Source: Mobula hypostoma (Eukaryota). Taken from it: a stretch of 64,000 nt of DNA. Within the stretch, counting starts at the first letter, position 1. Each line of letters opens with the position of its first letter. The translations under genes and the position numbers were made by a program. This document shows, in pieces, positions 38,130 to 50,005 of this stretch. The DNA lies in NCBI RefSeq assembly GCF_963921235.1, contig NC_086097.1, forward strand, positions 33,296,001 to 33,360,000, read 5' to 3'. A model generated the notes under the pieces. It worked only from the letters and a program-made list of their open reading frames with translations, was not told where the DNA came from and searched no databases.

Positions 38130-40850
38130 AGAAGGGCTGAAATGTGTGTACTTCAATGCAAGAAGCATCAGGAACAAAGGTGATGAACTGAGAGCTTGGA
38201 TACATACATGGAATTATGATGTAGTGGCCATTACAGAGACTTGGCTGGCACCAGGGCAGGAATGGATTCTCAATATTCCTGGATTTCAGTGCTTTAAAAG
38301 GGATAGAGGGGGGGAAAGGGGGAGGAGGGGTGGCATTACTGGTCAGGGATACTATTACAGCTATAGAAAGGGTGGGTAATGTAGCAGGATCCTCTTTTGA
38401 ATCAATATGGGTGGAAGTCAGGAACAGGAAGGGAGCAGTTACTCTATTGGGGATATTCTATAGGCCCCCTGGTAGCAGCAGAGATACAGAGGAGCAGATT
38501 GGGAGGCAGATTTTGGAAAGGTGCAAAAATAACAGGGTTGTTATCATGGGTGACTTTAACTTCCCTAATATTGATTGGCACCTGATTAGTTCCAAGGGCT
38601 TAGATGGGGCAAAGTTTGTTAAGTGTGTCCAGGACGGATTCCTGTCACAGTATGTGGACAGACCGACTAGGGGGAATGCCATACTAGATCTAGTATTAGG
38701 TAACGAACCAGGTCAGGTCACAGATCTCTCAATGGGTGAGTACCTGGGAGACAGTGACCACTGCTCCCTGGCTTTTAGCATTATCATGGAAGAGGAGAGA
38801 ATCAGAGAGGACAGGAAAATTTTTAATTGGGGAAAGGCAAATTATGAGGCTATAAGGCTAGAACTTGCGGGTGTGAATTGGGATGATGTTTCTGCAGGGA
38901 AATGTACTATGGACATGTGGTCAATGTTTAGAGATCTCTTGCGGGATGTTAGGGATAAATTTGTCCCGGTGAGGAAGATAAAGAATGGTAGGGTGAAGGA
39001 ACCATGGGTGACAAGTGAGGTGGAAAATCTAGACAGGTGGAAGAAGGCAGCATACATGAGGTTTAGGAAGCAAGGATCAGATGGGTCTATTGAGGAATAT
39101 AGGGAAGCAAGAAAGGAGCTTAAGAAGGGGCTGAGAAGAGCAAGAAGGGGGCATGAGAAGGCCTTGGCGAGTAGGGTAAAGGAAAACCCCAAGGCATTCT
39201 TCAATTATGTGAAGAAAAAAAAGGATGACAGGAGTGAAGGTAGGACCAATTAGAGATAAAGATGGGAAGATGTGCCTGGAGGCTATGGAAGTGAGCGAGG
39301 TCCTCAATGAATACTTCTCTTCGGTATTCACCAATGAGAGGGAACTTGATGATGGTGAGGACAATATGAGTGAGGTTGATGTTCTGGAGCATGTTGATAT
39401 TAAGGGAGAGGAGGTGTTGGAGTTGTTAAAATACATTAGGACAGATAAGTCCATGGGGCCTGACGAAATATTCCCCAGGCTGCTCCACGAGGCGAGGGAA
39501 GAGATTGCTGATCCTCTGGCTAGGATCTTTATGTCCTCATTGTCCATAGGAATGGTACCGGAGGATTGGAGGGAGGCGAATGTTGTCCCCTTGTTCAAAA
39601 AAGGTAGTAGGGACAGTCCAGGTAATTACAGACCAGTGAGCCTTACGTCTGTGGTGGGAAAGCTGTTGGAAACGATTCTTAGAGATAGGATCTATGGGCA
39701 TTTACAGAATCATGATCTGATCAGGGACAGTCAGCATGGCTTTGTGAAGGGCAGATCGTGTCTACAAGCCTGATAGAGTTCTTTGAGGAGGTGACCAGGC
39801 ATATAGATAAGGGTAGAGCAGTGGATGTGATCGATATGGATTCTAATAAGGCATTTGACAAGGTTCCACACCGTAGGCTTATTCAGAAAGTTAGAAGGCA
39901 TGGGATCCAGGGAAGTTTGGCCAGGTGGATTCAGAATTGGCTTGCCTGCAGGTGGTGGTGGAGGGAGTACATTCAGATTGGAGGATTGGAGGATTGTGAC
40001 TAGTAGAAGGGTGGGTTGGCAAGTTTGCAGACGACACAAAGGTTGGAGGTGTTGTAGATAGTGTAGAGGATTGTCAAAGATTGCAGAGAGACATTGATAG
40101 GATGCAGAAGTGGGCTGAGAAGTGGCAGATGGAGTTCAACCCAGAGATGTGTGAGGTGGTACATTTTGGAAGGACAAACTCCAAGGCAGAGTAGAAAGTA
40201 GATGGCAGGATACTTGGTAGTGTGGAGGAGCAGAGGGATCTCGGGGTATATGTCCACAGATCCCTGAAAGTTGCCTCACAGGTGGATAGGGTAGTTAAGA
40301 AAGCTTATAGGGTGTTAGCTTTCATAAGTCGAGGGATAGAGTTTAAGAGTCGTGATGTAATGATGCAGCTCTATAAAGCTCTGGTTAGGGCACACTTGGA
40401 GTACTGTGTCCAGTTCTGGTCACCTCACTATAGGAAGGATGTGGAAGCATTGGAAAGGGTACAGAGGAGATTTACCAGGATGCTGCCTGGTTTAGAAAGT
40501 ATGCATTATGATCAGAGATTAAGGGAGCTAGGGCTTTACTCTTTGGAGAGAAGGAGGATGAGAGGAGACATGATAGAGGTGTACAAGATAATAAGAGGAA
40601 TAGATAGAGTGGATAGCCAGTGACTCTTCCCTAGGGCACCACTGCTCAGTACAAGAGGACATGGCTTTAAGGTAAGGGGTGGGAAGTTCAAGGGGGATAT
40701 TAGAGGAAGGTTTCTTACTCAGAGAGTGGTTGGTGTGTGGAATGCACTGCCTGAGTCAGTGGTGGAGGCAGATACACTAGTGAAGCTTAAGAGACTACTA
40801 GACAGGTATATGGAGGATTTTAAGGTGGGGGCTTATATGGGAGGCAGGGT
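38130..40850 (+). pseudogene. CR1 ORF2 (AP endonuclease plus reverse transcriptase), disrupted
   Basis: [67 protein letters not shown]. Confidence 0.92.
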
Positions 40851-42720
40851 TGAGGGTCAGCACAACATTGTGGGCTGAAGGGCCTGTACTGTGCTGTACT
40901 ATTCTATGTTCTATGTTCTATTTTGTGTGTGTGTGTACAGAAAAAATGGTTTGCTCCTAAGCTGGAGCGGGAGAAATATCCTCATGGGAAGGTTTGCTGG
41001 TACTACATGGGGGCATTTAAACAAGAGTTGCAGGGTAAAGGGAACCAGAGTGACAGAACAGGTAGTGTAGTGGTTGTGGGGAAAAATGTTGGTAAGACCT
41101 CAGACAAAGTCAGGAATCAAAATGTTGAGCGTGGTGGAATTAATGTACTGAGTTGCATGTATCTCAATGCAAGAAATATTGTGGGAAAGGCAGATGAGCT
41201 CAGGGCATGGATCAGCAAATGGAATTATGATATTGCAGCAATTAGTGAGACTTGGTTGCAGCAAGAGCAGGACTGGCAGCTCAGTATTCTGGGGTTCAGT
41301 TGATTTAGACAAGATAGAGCAGAAGGCATTAACAGGGTTGGGGGGGCGGGTAGCCTTACTAGTTAGGGAAAATGTCACGGGAGTTGTCAGTCAGGACAGA
41401 CTGGAGAACCCACCTAGTGAGGGTTTACAGGTGGAACTGTGGAATAAGAAAGGTATGACCATGTTATATTATACTGCATGTTATATGGCTATATTATAGA
41501 CCACCCAACAGTGCGTGGGATTTAGAGGAACTAATCTGTAGAGAGATTACATACTGTTGCAAGAAACATGAGGTTGTTATAGTAGGTGATTTTAACTTTC
41601 CACATATTGACTGGGAATCCCATACTGTAAAAGGAGTAAATGGGATAGAGTTTGTCAGGTATGTTCAAAAAACTTCCCTTAATCAGTACATAGAAGTCCC
41701 AGTGACAGAGTGTGTAATATTTGATTTCCTATTGGAAAATGAGACAGGGCAGTTGACAGACATTTGTGTAAGGGAACACTTTGCATCTAGTGATCATAAT
41801 GCCATTAGTTTCAAGGTAATTATGGAAAAGGATAGGTCTAGTCCTTGGGTAGAGATTCTAAATTGGAGAAAGGCCAATTTTGATGGTATCAGAAAGGATC
41901 TCGCAAGTGCAGGCTGCGACAGGCTGTTTCCTGGCCAAGGTGTACTTGGTAAGTGGGAGCATTCAAAAATGAAATGTTGATAGTACAAAGCTTGTATGAG
42001 CTTTCAGAATAAAAGGCAAGAATAACGGGTTTAGGAAGCCATGATTTTCAAGACATATTGAGGACCTAGTTAAGAAAAAAAGGAGTGCATGGTAAATATA
42101 ATCACATAGGAACAAATGAGGTACTTTAGGAGTATCAGAAATGCAAGAGAACACTTAACAAAGAAATCAGGGGGCTAAAGAAGACATGAGGTTGCTCAAG
42201 TGGACAAGGTGAAGGAGCTTCTACAGATATGTTAAGAGCAACAGGGACAAAATTAGTCCTCTGGAAGATCAGAATGGTAATCTATGCATGGAGCCAAAAA
42301 TGATTGGGGAGATCTTAAATGGATTTTTTTTTGCATTTGTATTTACCCAGGAGACGGAGACAGAGTCTATAGAAGTGAGGCAAAACAGCAGTGAAGTCAT
42401 GGACTCTATACGGATTACAAAAGAGGAGATGTTTGTTGTCTTGAGGCAAATCAGGGCCTGACAAGATGGACACTGTGGGAAGCAAGTGCAGAAAGTGCAG
42501 GGGCCCTAGCAGAGATATTTAAATCATTGTTAGTGACAGTTGAGGTACTGGCAGAATGGAGGATAGCTAATATTGTTCTGCTGTTTAAGAAGGTCTTGAA
42601 GAATAAACCAGAAAATTATAGGTCTGTGATCCTGTGATCCTGAGATCATTAGATCATTAGTGGGAAAGTTATTGGAAGATATTCTAAGGTATTCTAAGGA
42701 ACTGGATATATGAGTATTTG

Positions 42721-45700
42721 AACATAGAACATAGAACATAGAATAGTACAGCACAGTACAGGCCCTTCGGCCCACATTGTTGTGCCAACCTTCTAACCCT
42801 GCCTGCCTTATAACCACCCACCTTAAATTCCTCCATATACCTGTCTAGTAGTCTCTTAAATTTCACAAGTGTATCTGCCTCCACCACTGACTCAGGCAGT
42901 ATATTCCACACATCAACCACTCTCTGAGTAAAAAAGCCTTCCTCTAATATCCCCCTTGAACTTCCCACCCCTTACCTTAAAGCCATGTCCTCTTGTATTG
43001 AGCAGTGTGCCCTGGGGAAGAGGCGCTGGCTATCCACTCTATCTGTTCCTCTTAATATCTTGTATACCTCTATTATGTCTCCTCTCATCCTCCTTCTCTC
43101 CAAAGAGTAAAGCCCTCGCTCCCTTAATCTCTGATCATAATGCATACTCTCTAAACCAGGCAGCATCCTGGTAAATCTCCTCTGTACCCTTTCCAATGCT
43201 TCCACATCCTTCCTATAGTGAGGCGACCAGAACTGGACACAGTACTCCAAGTGTGGCCTAACCAGAATTTTATAGAGCTGCACACATCAAAGTTGCTGGT
43301 GAACGCAGCAGGCCAGGCAGCATCTGTAGGAAGAGGTGCAGTCGACGTTTCAGGCCGAGACCCTTCGTCAGGACTAACTGAAGGAAGAGTGAGTAAGGGA
43401 TTTGAAAGTTGGAGGGGGAGGGGGAGATCCAAAATGATAGGAGAAGACAGAAGGGGGTGGGATAGAGCCAAGAGCTGGACAGGTGATAGGCAAAAGGGGA
43501 TACAAGAGGATCATGGGACAGGAGGTCCGGGAAGAAAGACAAGGCAGGTGGGGACCCAGAGGATGGGCAAGAGGTATATTCAGAGGGACAGAGGGAGAAA
43601 AAGGAGAGTGAGAGAAAGAATGTGTGCATAAAAATAAGTAACAGATGGGGTACGAGGGGGAGATGGGGCCTAGCGGAAGTTAGAGAAGTCGATGTTCATG
43701 CCATCAGGTTGGAGGCTACCCAGACGGAATACAAGGTGTTGTTCCTCCAACCTGAGTGTAGCTTCATCTTTACAGTAGAGGAGGCCGTGGATAGACATGT
43801 CAGAATGGGAATGGGATGTGGAATTAAAATGTGTGGCTACTGGGAGATCCTGCTTTCTCTGGTGGACAGAGCGTAGATGTTCAGCACAGCGGTCTCCCAG
43901 TCTGCATCGGGTCTCGCCAATATATAAAAGGCCACATCAGGAGCACCGGACACAGTATATCACCCCAGTCGACTCACAGGTGAAGTGTTGACTCACCTGG
44001 AAGGACTGTTTGGGGCCCTGAATGGTGGTAAGGGAAGAAGTGTAAGGGCATGTGTAGCACTTGTTCAGCTTACACGGATAAGTGCCAGGAGGGAGATCAG
44101 TGGGGAGGGATGGGGGGGATGAATGGACAAGGGAGTTGTGTCATAGAGCTGCATCATTACCTTGCGACTCTTAAACTCTATCCCTCGACTTATGAAAGCT
44201 AACGCCCCATAAGCTTTCTTAACTACCCTATCTACCTGTGAGGCAACTTTCGGGGATCTGTGGACATGTACCCCCAGATCCCTCTGCTCCTCCACACTAC
44301 CAAGTATCCTGCCATTTACTTTGTACTCTGCCTTGGAGTTTGTCCTTCCAAAGTGTACCACCTCACACGTCTCCGGGTTGAACTCCATCTGCCATTTCTC
44401 AGCCCACTTCTGCAACCCATCAATGTCTCACTGCAATCTTTGACAATCCTCTGCACTATCTACAACACCACCAACCTTTGTGTCGTCTGCAAACTTTCCA
44501 ACCCACCCTTCTACCCCCACATCCAGGTCGCTAATAAAAATCACGAAAAGTAGAGGTCCCAGAACCGATCCTTGTGGGACACCACTAGTCACAACCCTCC
44601 AATCTGAATGTACTCCCTCCACCATGACCCAGTGCCTTCTGTAGGCAAGCCAATTCTGAATCCACCTGGCCAAACTTCCCTGGATCCCATGCCTTCTAAC
44701 TTTCTGAATAAGCCTACGGTGTGGAACCTTGTCAAATGCCTTATTAGAATCCATATCGATCACATCCACTGCTCTACCCTTATCTATATGCCTGGTCACC
44801 TCCTCAAGGAACTCTATCAGGCTTGTAGACACGATCTGCCCTTCACAAAGCCATGCTGACTATACCTGATCATACCATGATTCTCTAAATGCCCATAGAT
44901 CCTATCTCTAAGAATCTTTTCCAACAGCTTTCCCACCACAGACGTAAGGCTCACTGGTCTATAATTACCCGGATTACCCTTACTACCTTTTTTGAACAAG
45001 GGGACAACATTCGCCTCCCTCCAATCCTTTGGTACCATTCCCGTGGACAACGAGGACATAAAGATCCTAGCCAGAGGCTCAGCAATCTCTTCTCTTGCCT
45101 CGTGGAGCAGCCTGGGGAATATTCCGTCAGGCCCCAGGGACTTATCCGTCCTAATGTATTTTAATAACTCCAACACCTCCTCTGCCTTAATATCAACATG
45201 CTCCAGAACATCAACCTCACTCATATTGTCCTCATCGTCATCAAGTTCCCTCTCATTGGTGAATACCAAAGAGAAGTATTCATTGAGGACCTCGCTCACT
45301 TCCACAGCCTCCAGACTCATCTTCCCACCCTTATCGCTAATCAGTCCTACCTTCACTCCTGTCATCCTTTCGTTCTTCACATAATTGAAGAATGCCTTGG
45401 GGTTTTCCTTTACCCTATTCACCAAGGCCTTCTCATGCCCCCTTCTTGCTCTTCTCAGCCCTTTCTTATACTACTTTCTTGCTACCCTATATTCCTCAAT
45501 AGACCCATCTGATCCTTGCTTCCTAAACCTCATGTATGCTGCCTTCTTCCACCTGACTAGATTTTCCACCTCACTAGTCACCCATGGTTCCTTCACCCTA
45601 CCAGTCTTTATCTTCCTTACTGGGACAAGTTTATCCCTACCATCCTGCAAGAGATCTCTAAACATTGACCACATGTCCATAGTACATTTCCCTGCAAAAA

Positions 45701-45880
45701 CATTAGGTCAATTCACACCCGCAAGTTCTAGCCTTATAGCCTCATAATTGGCCCTTCCCCAATTAAAAATGTTCCTGTCCTCTCTGAATCTATCCTTTTC
45801 CATGATAATGCTGAAGGTCAGGAAGTGGTGGTCACTGTCCCCCAGATGCTCACCCACTGAGAGATCTGTGACCTGACCCA
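42721..45880 (-). mobile_element. Young CR1 LINE copy 3, 5'-truncated, interrupted by a PLE
   Basis: Minus ORFs 44817..45425, 44428..44832, 44065..44415 and 42972..43283 are collinear with copy 2; (aacatag)n tail at 42721. Confidence 0.95.
43283..44142 (-). mobile_element. 5'-truncated PLE (GIY-YIG remnant plus pLTR) inserted in CR1 copy 3
   Basis: TSD atagagctgca at 43272-43282 and 44143-44153; hammerhead motif at 43340-43375 (-). Confidence 0.9.
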
Positions 45881-46510
45881 GACTGGATTGACATGGACTG
45901 ATTAGGGTTAGTCAGCATGGCTTTGTGCATGGTAGGTTGTGTCTAACCAATCTTATAGAATTTTAGAGGAAGTTACGAAGAAAGTTGATGAAGGCAAGGC
46001 GGTAGATGTTGTCTACATAGACTTTAGCAAGGCATTTGACATGGTCCCACATAGGAGGTTGTTCAACAAGGTTTGGACACTTGGCATGAAATTGGATTTG
46101 ACATTGACGTTGTGAGAAAAGCCAGGGATTGGTCGTAGATGGTTGGGTCTCTAAATGGAGGCATGTGACTAGTGGAGTTCTGTAGGGATTGGTGCTGGAT
46201 ATGTTGCTGTTTGTCATCTGTATCAATGTTCTGGATGATAATGTGATTAACTGGACCAGCTGAAAAAGTACTGATGGAATTTGATGGACAGAAGTGCAAG
46301 GTATTTCACTTTGGTAGGACCCGCCAGGGTAAGTCGTACACAGTAAACATTAGGGCACTGAGGATTGTGGGAAAACAAAGGGATCTGGGAAAACTTCATT
46401 GGAAGGGGTGGCACAGGTATAAAATGTCATCAAGAAAGCTTTTGGCACATTGAACGCCATAAATCAAAGTACAGAGTATAGGAGGTGGGATATTATGTTA
46501 AAGGCGTAAG

Positions 46511-48040
46511 GTAGGGCTCTGAAAACCTGTGCCAACCAACTAGTGGGAGTATTCAAGGACATCTTCAACCTCTCAGTGCTATGGGTGGAAGTTTCCACTT
46601 GCTTCAAAAAGGCAACAGTTATATCAGTGTCTAAGAAGAATAATGTGGGCTGCCTTAATGACTATCGCCCGGTAGCACTCACATTGACAAATGTTTTGAG
46701 AGGTTGGTCATGACTAGACTGAACTTGTGCCTCAGCAAGGACCTGGACCCATTGCAATTTGTCTATCGCCACCATAGGTCAACAACAGACACAATCTCAA
46801 TGGCTCTTCACACGGTTTTAGACAACCTGGACAACACAAACACCTACGTCAGGATGCTGTTCATCGACTATAGCTCAGCATTAAATACCATCATTCCCAC
46901 AATCCTGATTGAGAAGTTGCAAAACCTGGGCCTCTGTACCTCCCTCTGCAATTGGATCCTCGACTTCCTAACCAGGAAGACCACAATCTGTGCGGATTGG
47001 TGATAATATCTCCTCCTCGGTGACTATCAACACTGGTGCATCTCAGGGGTGTGTGCTTAGCCCACCGCTCTACTCTCTATATACACATGACTGTGTGGCT
47101 AGGCGTAGCTCAAATACCATCTATAAGTATACTGACGATACAACCATTGTTGGTAGAGTCTCAGGTGGTGACGAGAGGGCATACAGGAGTGAGATATGCC
47201 AACTAGTGGAATGGTGCCGCAGCAACAACCTGGCACTCAACAACAGTAAGACAAAAGAGCTGATTGTGGACTTCAGGAAGGGTAAGACAAAGGAACACAT
47301 ACCAATCCTCATAGAGGGATCAGAAGTGGAAAGAGTGAGCAGCTTCAAGTTCCTGGGTGTCAAGATCTCTGAGGATCTAACCTGGTCCCAACATATCAAT
47401 GTAGTTATAAAGAAGGCAAGGCAGTGGCTATACTTAATAAGGAGTTTGAAGAGATTTGGCATGTCAACAAATACACTCAAAAGTGTCTACAGTTGTACCA
47501 TGGAGAGCATTCTGACAGGCTGTATCACTGTCTGGTATGGAAGGGCTACTGCACAGGACCGAAAGAAGCTGTAGAAGGTTGTAAATCTAGTCAGCTCCAT
47601 CTTGGGCACTAGCCTACAAAGTACCCAGGACATCTTTAGGGAGCGGTATGCTCAGAAAGGCAGTGTCCATTATTAAGGACCTCCAGCACCCAGGGCATGC
47701 CCTTTTCTCACTGTTACCATCAGGTAGGAGGTACAGAAGCCTGAAGGCACACACTCAGCGATTCAGGAATAGTTTCTTCCCCTCTGCCATCCAATTCCTA
47801 AATGGACATTGAACCTATGGACACTAACTCATTTTTTAAAATACAGTATTTCTGTTTTTGCATGTTTTTTCATCTATTCAATATATGTAATTGATTTACT
47901 TGTTTATTGATTATTATTTTTTTTTATTTTATTATTGTTTTCTTTCTCTGCTAGATTATGTATTGCACTAAACTGCTGCTGCTAAGTTAACAAATTTCAC
48001 ATCACATGCTGGTGATAAACCTGATTCTGATTCTGATTCT
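46511..48040 (+). mobile_element. Rex1/Babar-clade LINE (family B), RT to 3' end
   Basis: [46 protein letters not shown]; (ctgatt)n tail. Confidence 0.92.
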
Positions 48041-48969
48041 GAGTTGAGTAAGACATTAGTGAGGCCTAATTTGGAGTATTGCGTGCAATTTTAGTCACCT
48101 CCCTACAGAGAAGATGTAAATAAGGTTGAAAGAGTACAGAGAAAATTTACAAGGATGTTGCCAGGACTGGAGGACCTGAGTTATAAGGAAAGGTTGAAGA
48201 GGTCAGAACTTCATTCCCTAGAACATAGAAGGTTGAGAGGAGATTTGATGGAGGTATACAAAATTATGAGGAGTATAGATAGAGTAAATGCAAGCAGGCT
48301 TTTTCTACTGAGGTTGGGTGAGACTACAACATCATGGGTTAAGTGTGAAAGGTGAAATGTTTAAGAGGGAACATGAGGGGAAACTTCTTCACTCAAAGGG
48401 TGGAGAGAGTGTGGAATGAGCTTCCAGTGCAAGTGTTGGATGCAATTTCAATTTCAAAGTTTAAGAACAGTTTGGATGGGTATATGGATGGGAGGATTAT
48501 GGAGGGCTATGGTCCAGGCGCAGGTCGATGGGATTAAGCAGTTTAAATGGTTCAGCATGGACTAGTTGGGCCAAAGAGTCTATTTCTGTGCTGTAGTTTT
48601 CTATGACTTTATGACTTTAAATCAAGTGGTCAGCCAGAGACTTTTCCCCAGGCCAGAAATGACTAATACCAGAGGACATAATATTAAGGTGATTGGAGGT
48701 AAGTATAAAGGGGGATGTCAGAGGTAAAAATTTTACACCGAGTGTTGTGGGTGCATGGAACACAATGGAGATACGTTAGAGACATTTAAGAAACTCTTAA
48801 ATAGGCACATGGATGATAGGAAAATGGAAAGCTATGTGAAAAGGAAGGATTAGATTGATCTTGGAGTAGGTTAAAAGGTCAGCACAGCATCGTTGGCGAA
48901 GGGTTTGTACTGTGCTATAGTGTTCTATGTTCTCTGTAAAACAGCAATGGAAGATTACACAATTACAAT

Positions 48970-49284
48970 GGGGGCACCACAGTAGCATGGTGATTAGCAC
49001 AACACTATTGCAGCTCAGGCCATCCGAATGCGGAGTCAATTCCGGCGTCATCTGTCAGGAACCTGTACATCCACCCCATGGAATGCATGGGTTTTCTGTG
49101 GTCATCTGGTTTCCTCCCACGTTCCAAAGACGTACTGGTTAGTAGGTTAATCGGTCATTGTAAATTGTCCCATGTTGAGTCTGAGGTTAAATCAGGAGTT
49201 GCTGGGTGCTGTAGCTCAAAGGGCAGGAAGGGCCTATCAACAATCTATCTCTAAATAGAAAATAAAACTAAATAAATAAATAAA
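48970..49284 (+). mobile_element. V-SINE/HE1-like SINE
   Basis: tRNA-like head (agtagcatggtgattagc ... gagtcaattcc), ggtttcctcccacgttccaaagacgt core, (taaa)n tail. Confidence 0.75.
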
Positions 49285-49404
49285 CTTGTTACCTATTCAA
49301 TTGATTTTCAGTGGGAATGTGTGCACCTAGACCCCCCCACCTTTTTGGCTCTGTGGCAAGGAGATGAAGCACAGGAGTTGGCAAACATCACGAGCAGATG
49401 TTGT

Positions 49405-50005
49405 CATAGAGTCATAGACAATACAGCATAGTACAGCCCCTTTGGCCCACCTGCGGCGCCCACCCAGTTAGTCCCAATTTCCTGCATTCAGCCCATATCC
49501 CTCCAAGCTATGCCCCTGCATATGTCGGTGTGTGAGATCTATCCAGTGACAGCTGCCCTACTGTAGCAGAGCTTACAGATCCCCAACAACTCTCATTACT
49601 CACTTCACAAACCTGCAGTGGAAACAAGCCATCCTTTGAGTCATGGAGTCATGCAGCATGGAAGTAGGCCCATCAGCCCAACTGATCCATACTGACCAAG
49701 ATTCCCATCTATGACCAAGTCCCATTTGCCGGTGTTTGGTTCATAGCCCTCTAAACCATTCCTATCCATGTACCTATTCAAGTGTCTTAAATGTTGTTAT
49801 GTGCCTGCCTCAACTACTTCCTATGGCAGTTCGTTACATATACCCACCTACCTCCGCATGTAAAATTTGCCCCTCAGGTTCCTATTAAGTCCTTCTCCCC
49901 TCACCTTAAACCTGTGCCCTGTAGTGCTTGATTTCCCAACTTTAAGAAAAAGACTGAGTTCATTCACCCTTCCTATTCCCCTCACAATTTTATACACCCC
50001 TATAC
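49405..50005 (-). mobile_element. CR1 3' fragments
   Basis: ORF VYKIVRGIGRVN...TTGHRFKVRGE. Confidence 0.7.

Larger units (their letters stand above)
36965..40921 (+). mobile_element. Near-full-length young CR1 LINE copy 2 (ORF1 and ORF2 both disrupted)
   Basis: Short 5' UTR, ORF1 with Zn-finger, coiled coil and SGNH esterase, ORF2 with APE and RT, ttctatgttctatgttcta tail; frameshifts and a deletion near 39950-40010. Confidence 0.95.
40970..48620 (+). mobile_element. Older CR1 LINE split by two younger insertions (pieces 40970-42720, 45881-46510, 48041-48620)
   Basis: YLNARNIV..ISETWL and ASSDHNAISF; resumes at LIR.SQHGF.HGR.CLTNLIE, then at LVRPNLEYCVQF...FFTQRVERVWNELP. Confidence 0.8.

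Noticed and set aside
48970..49050. tRNA gene
   Set aside because: Degenerate A/B-box head of a SINE that continues into the V-domain; no cloverleaf.
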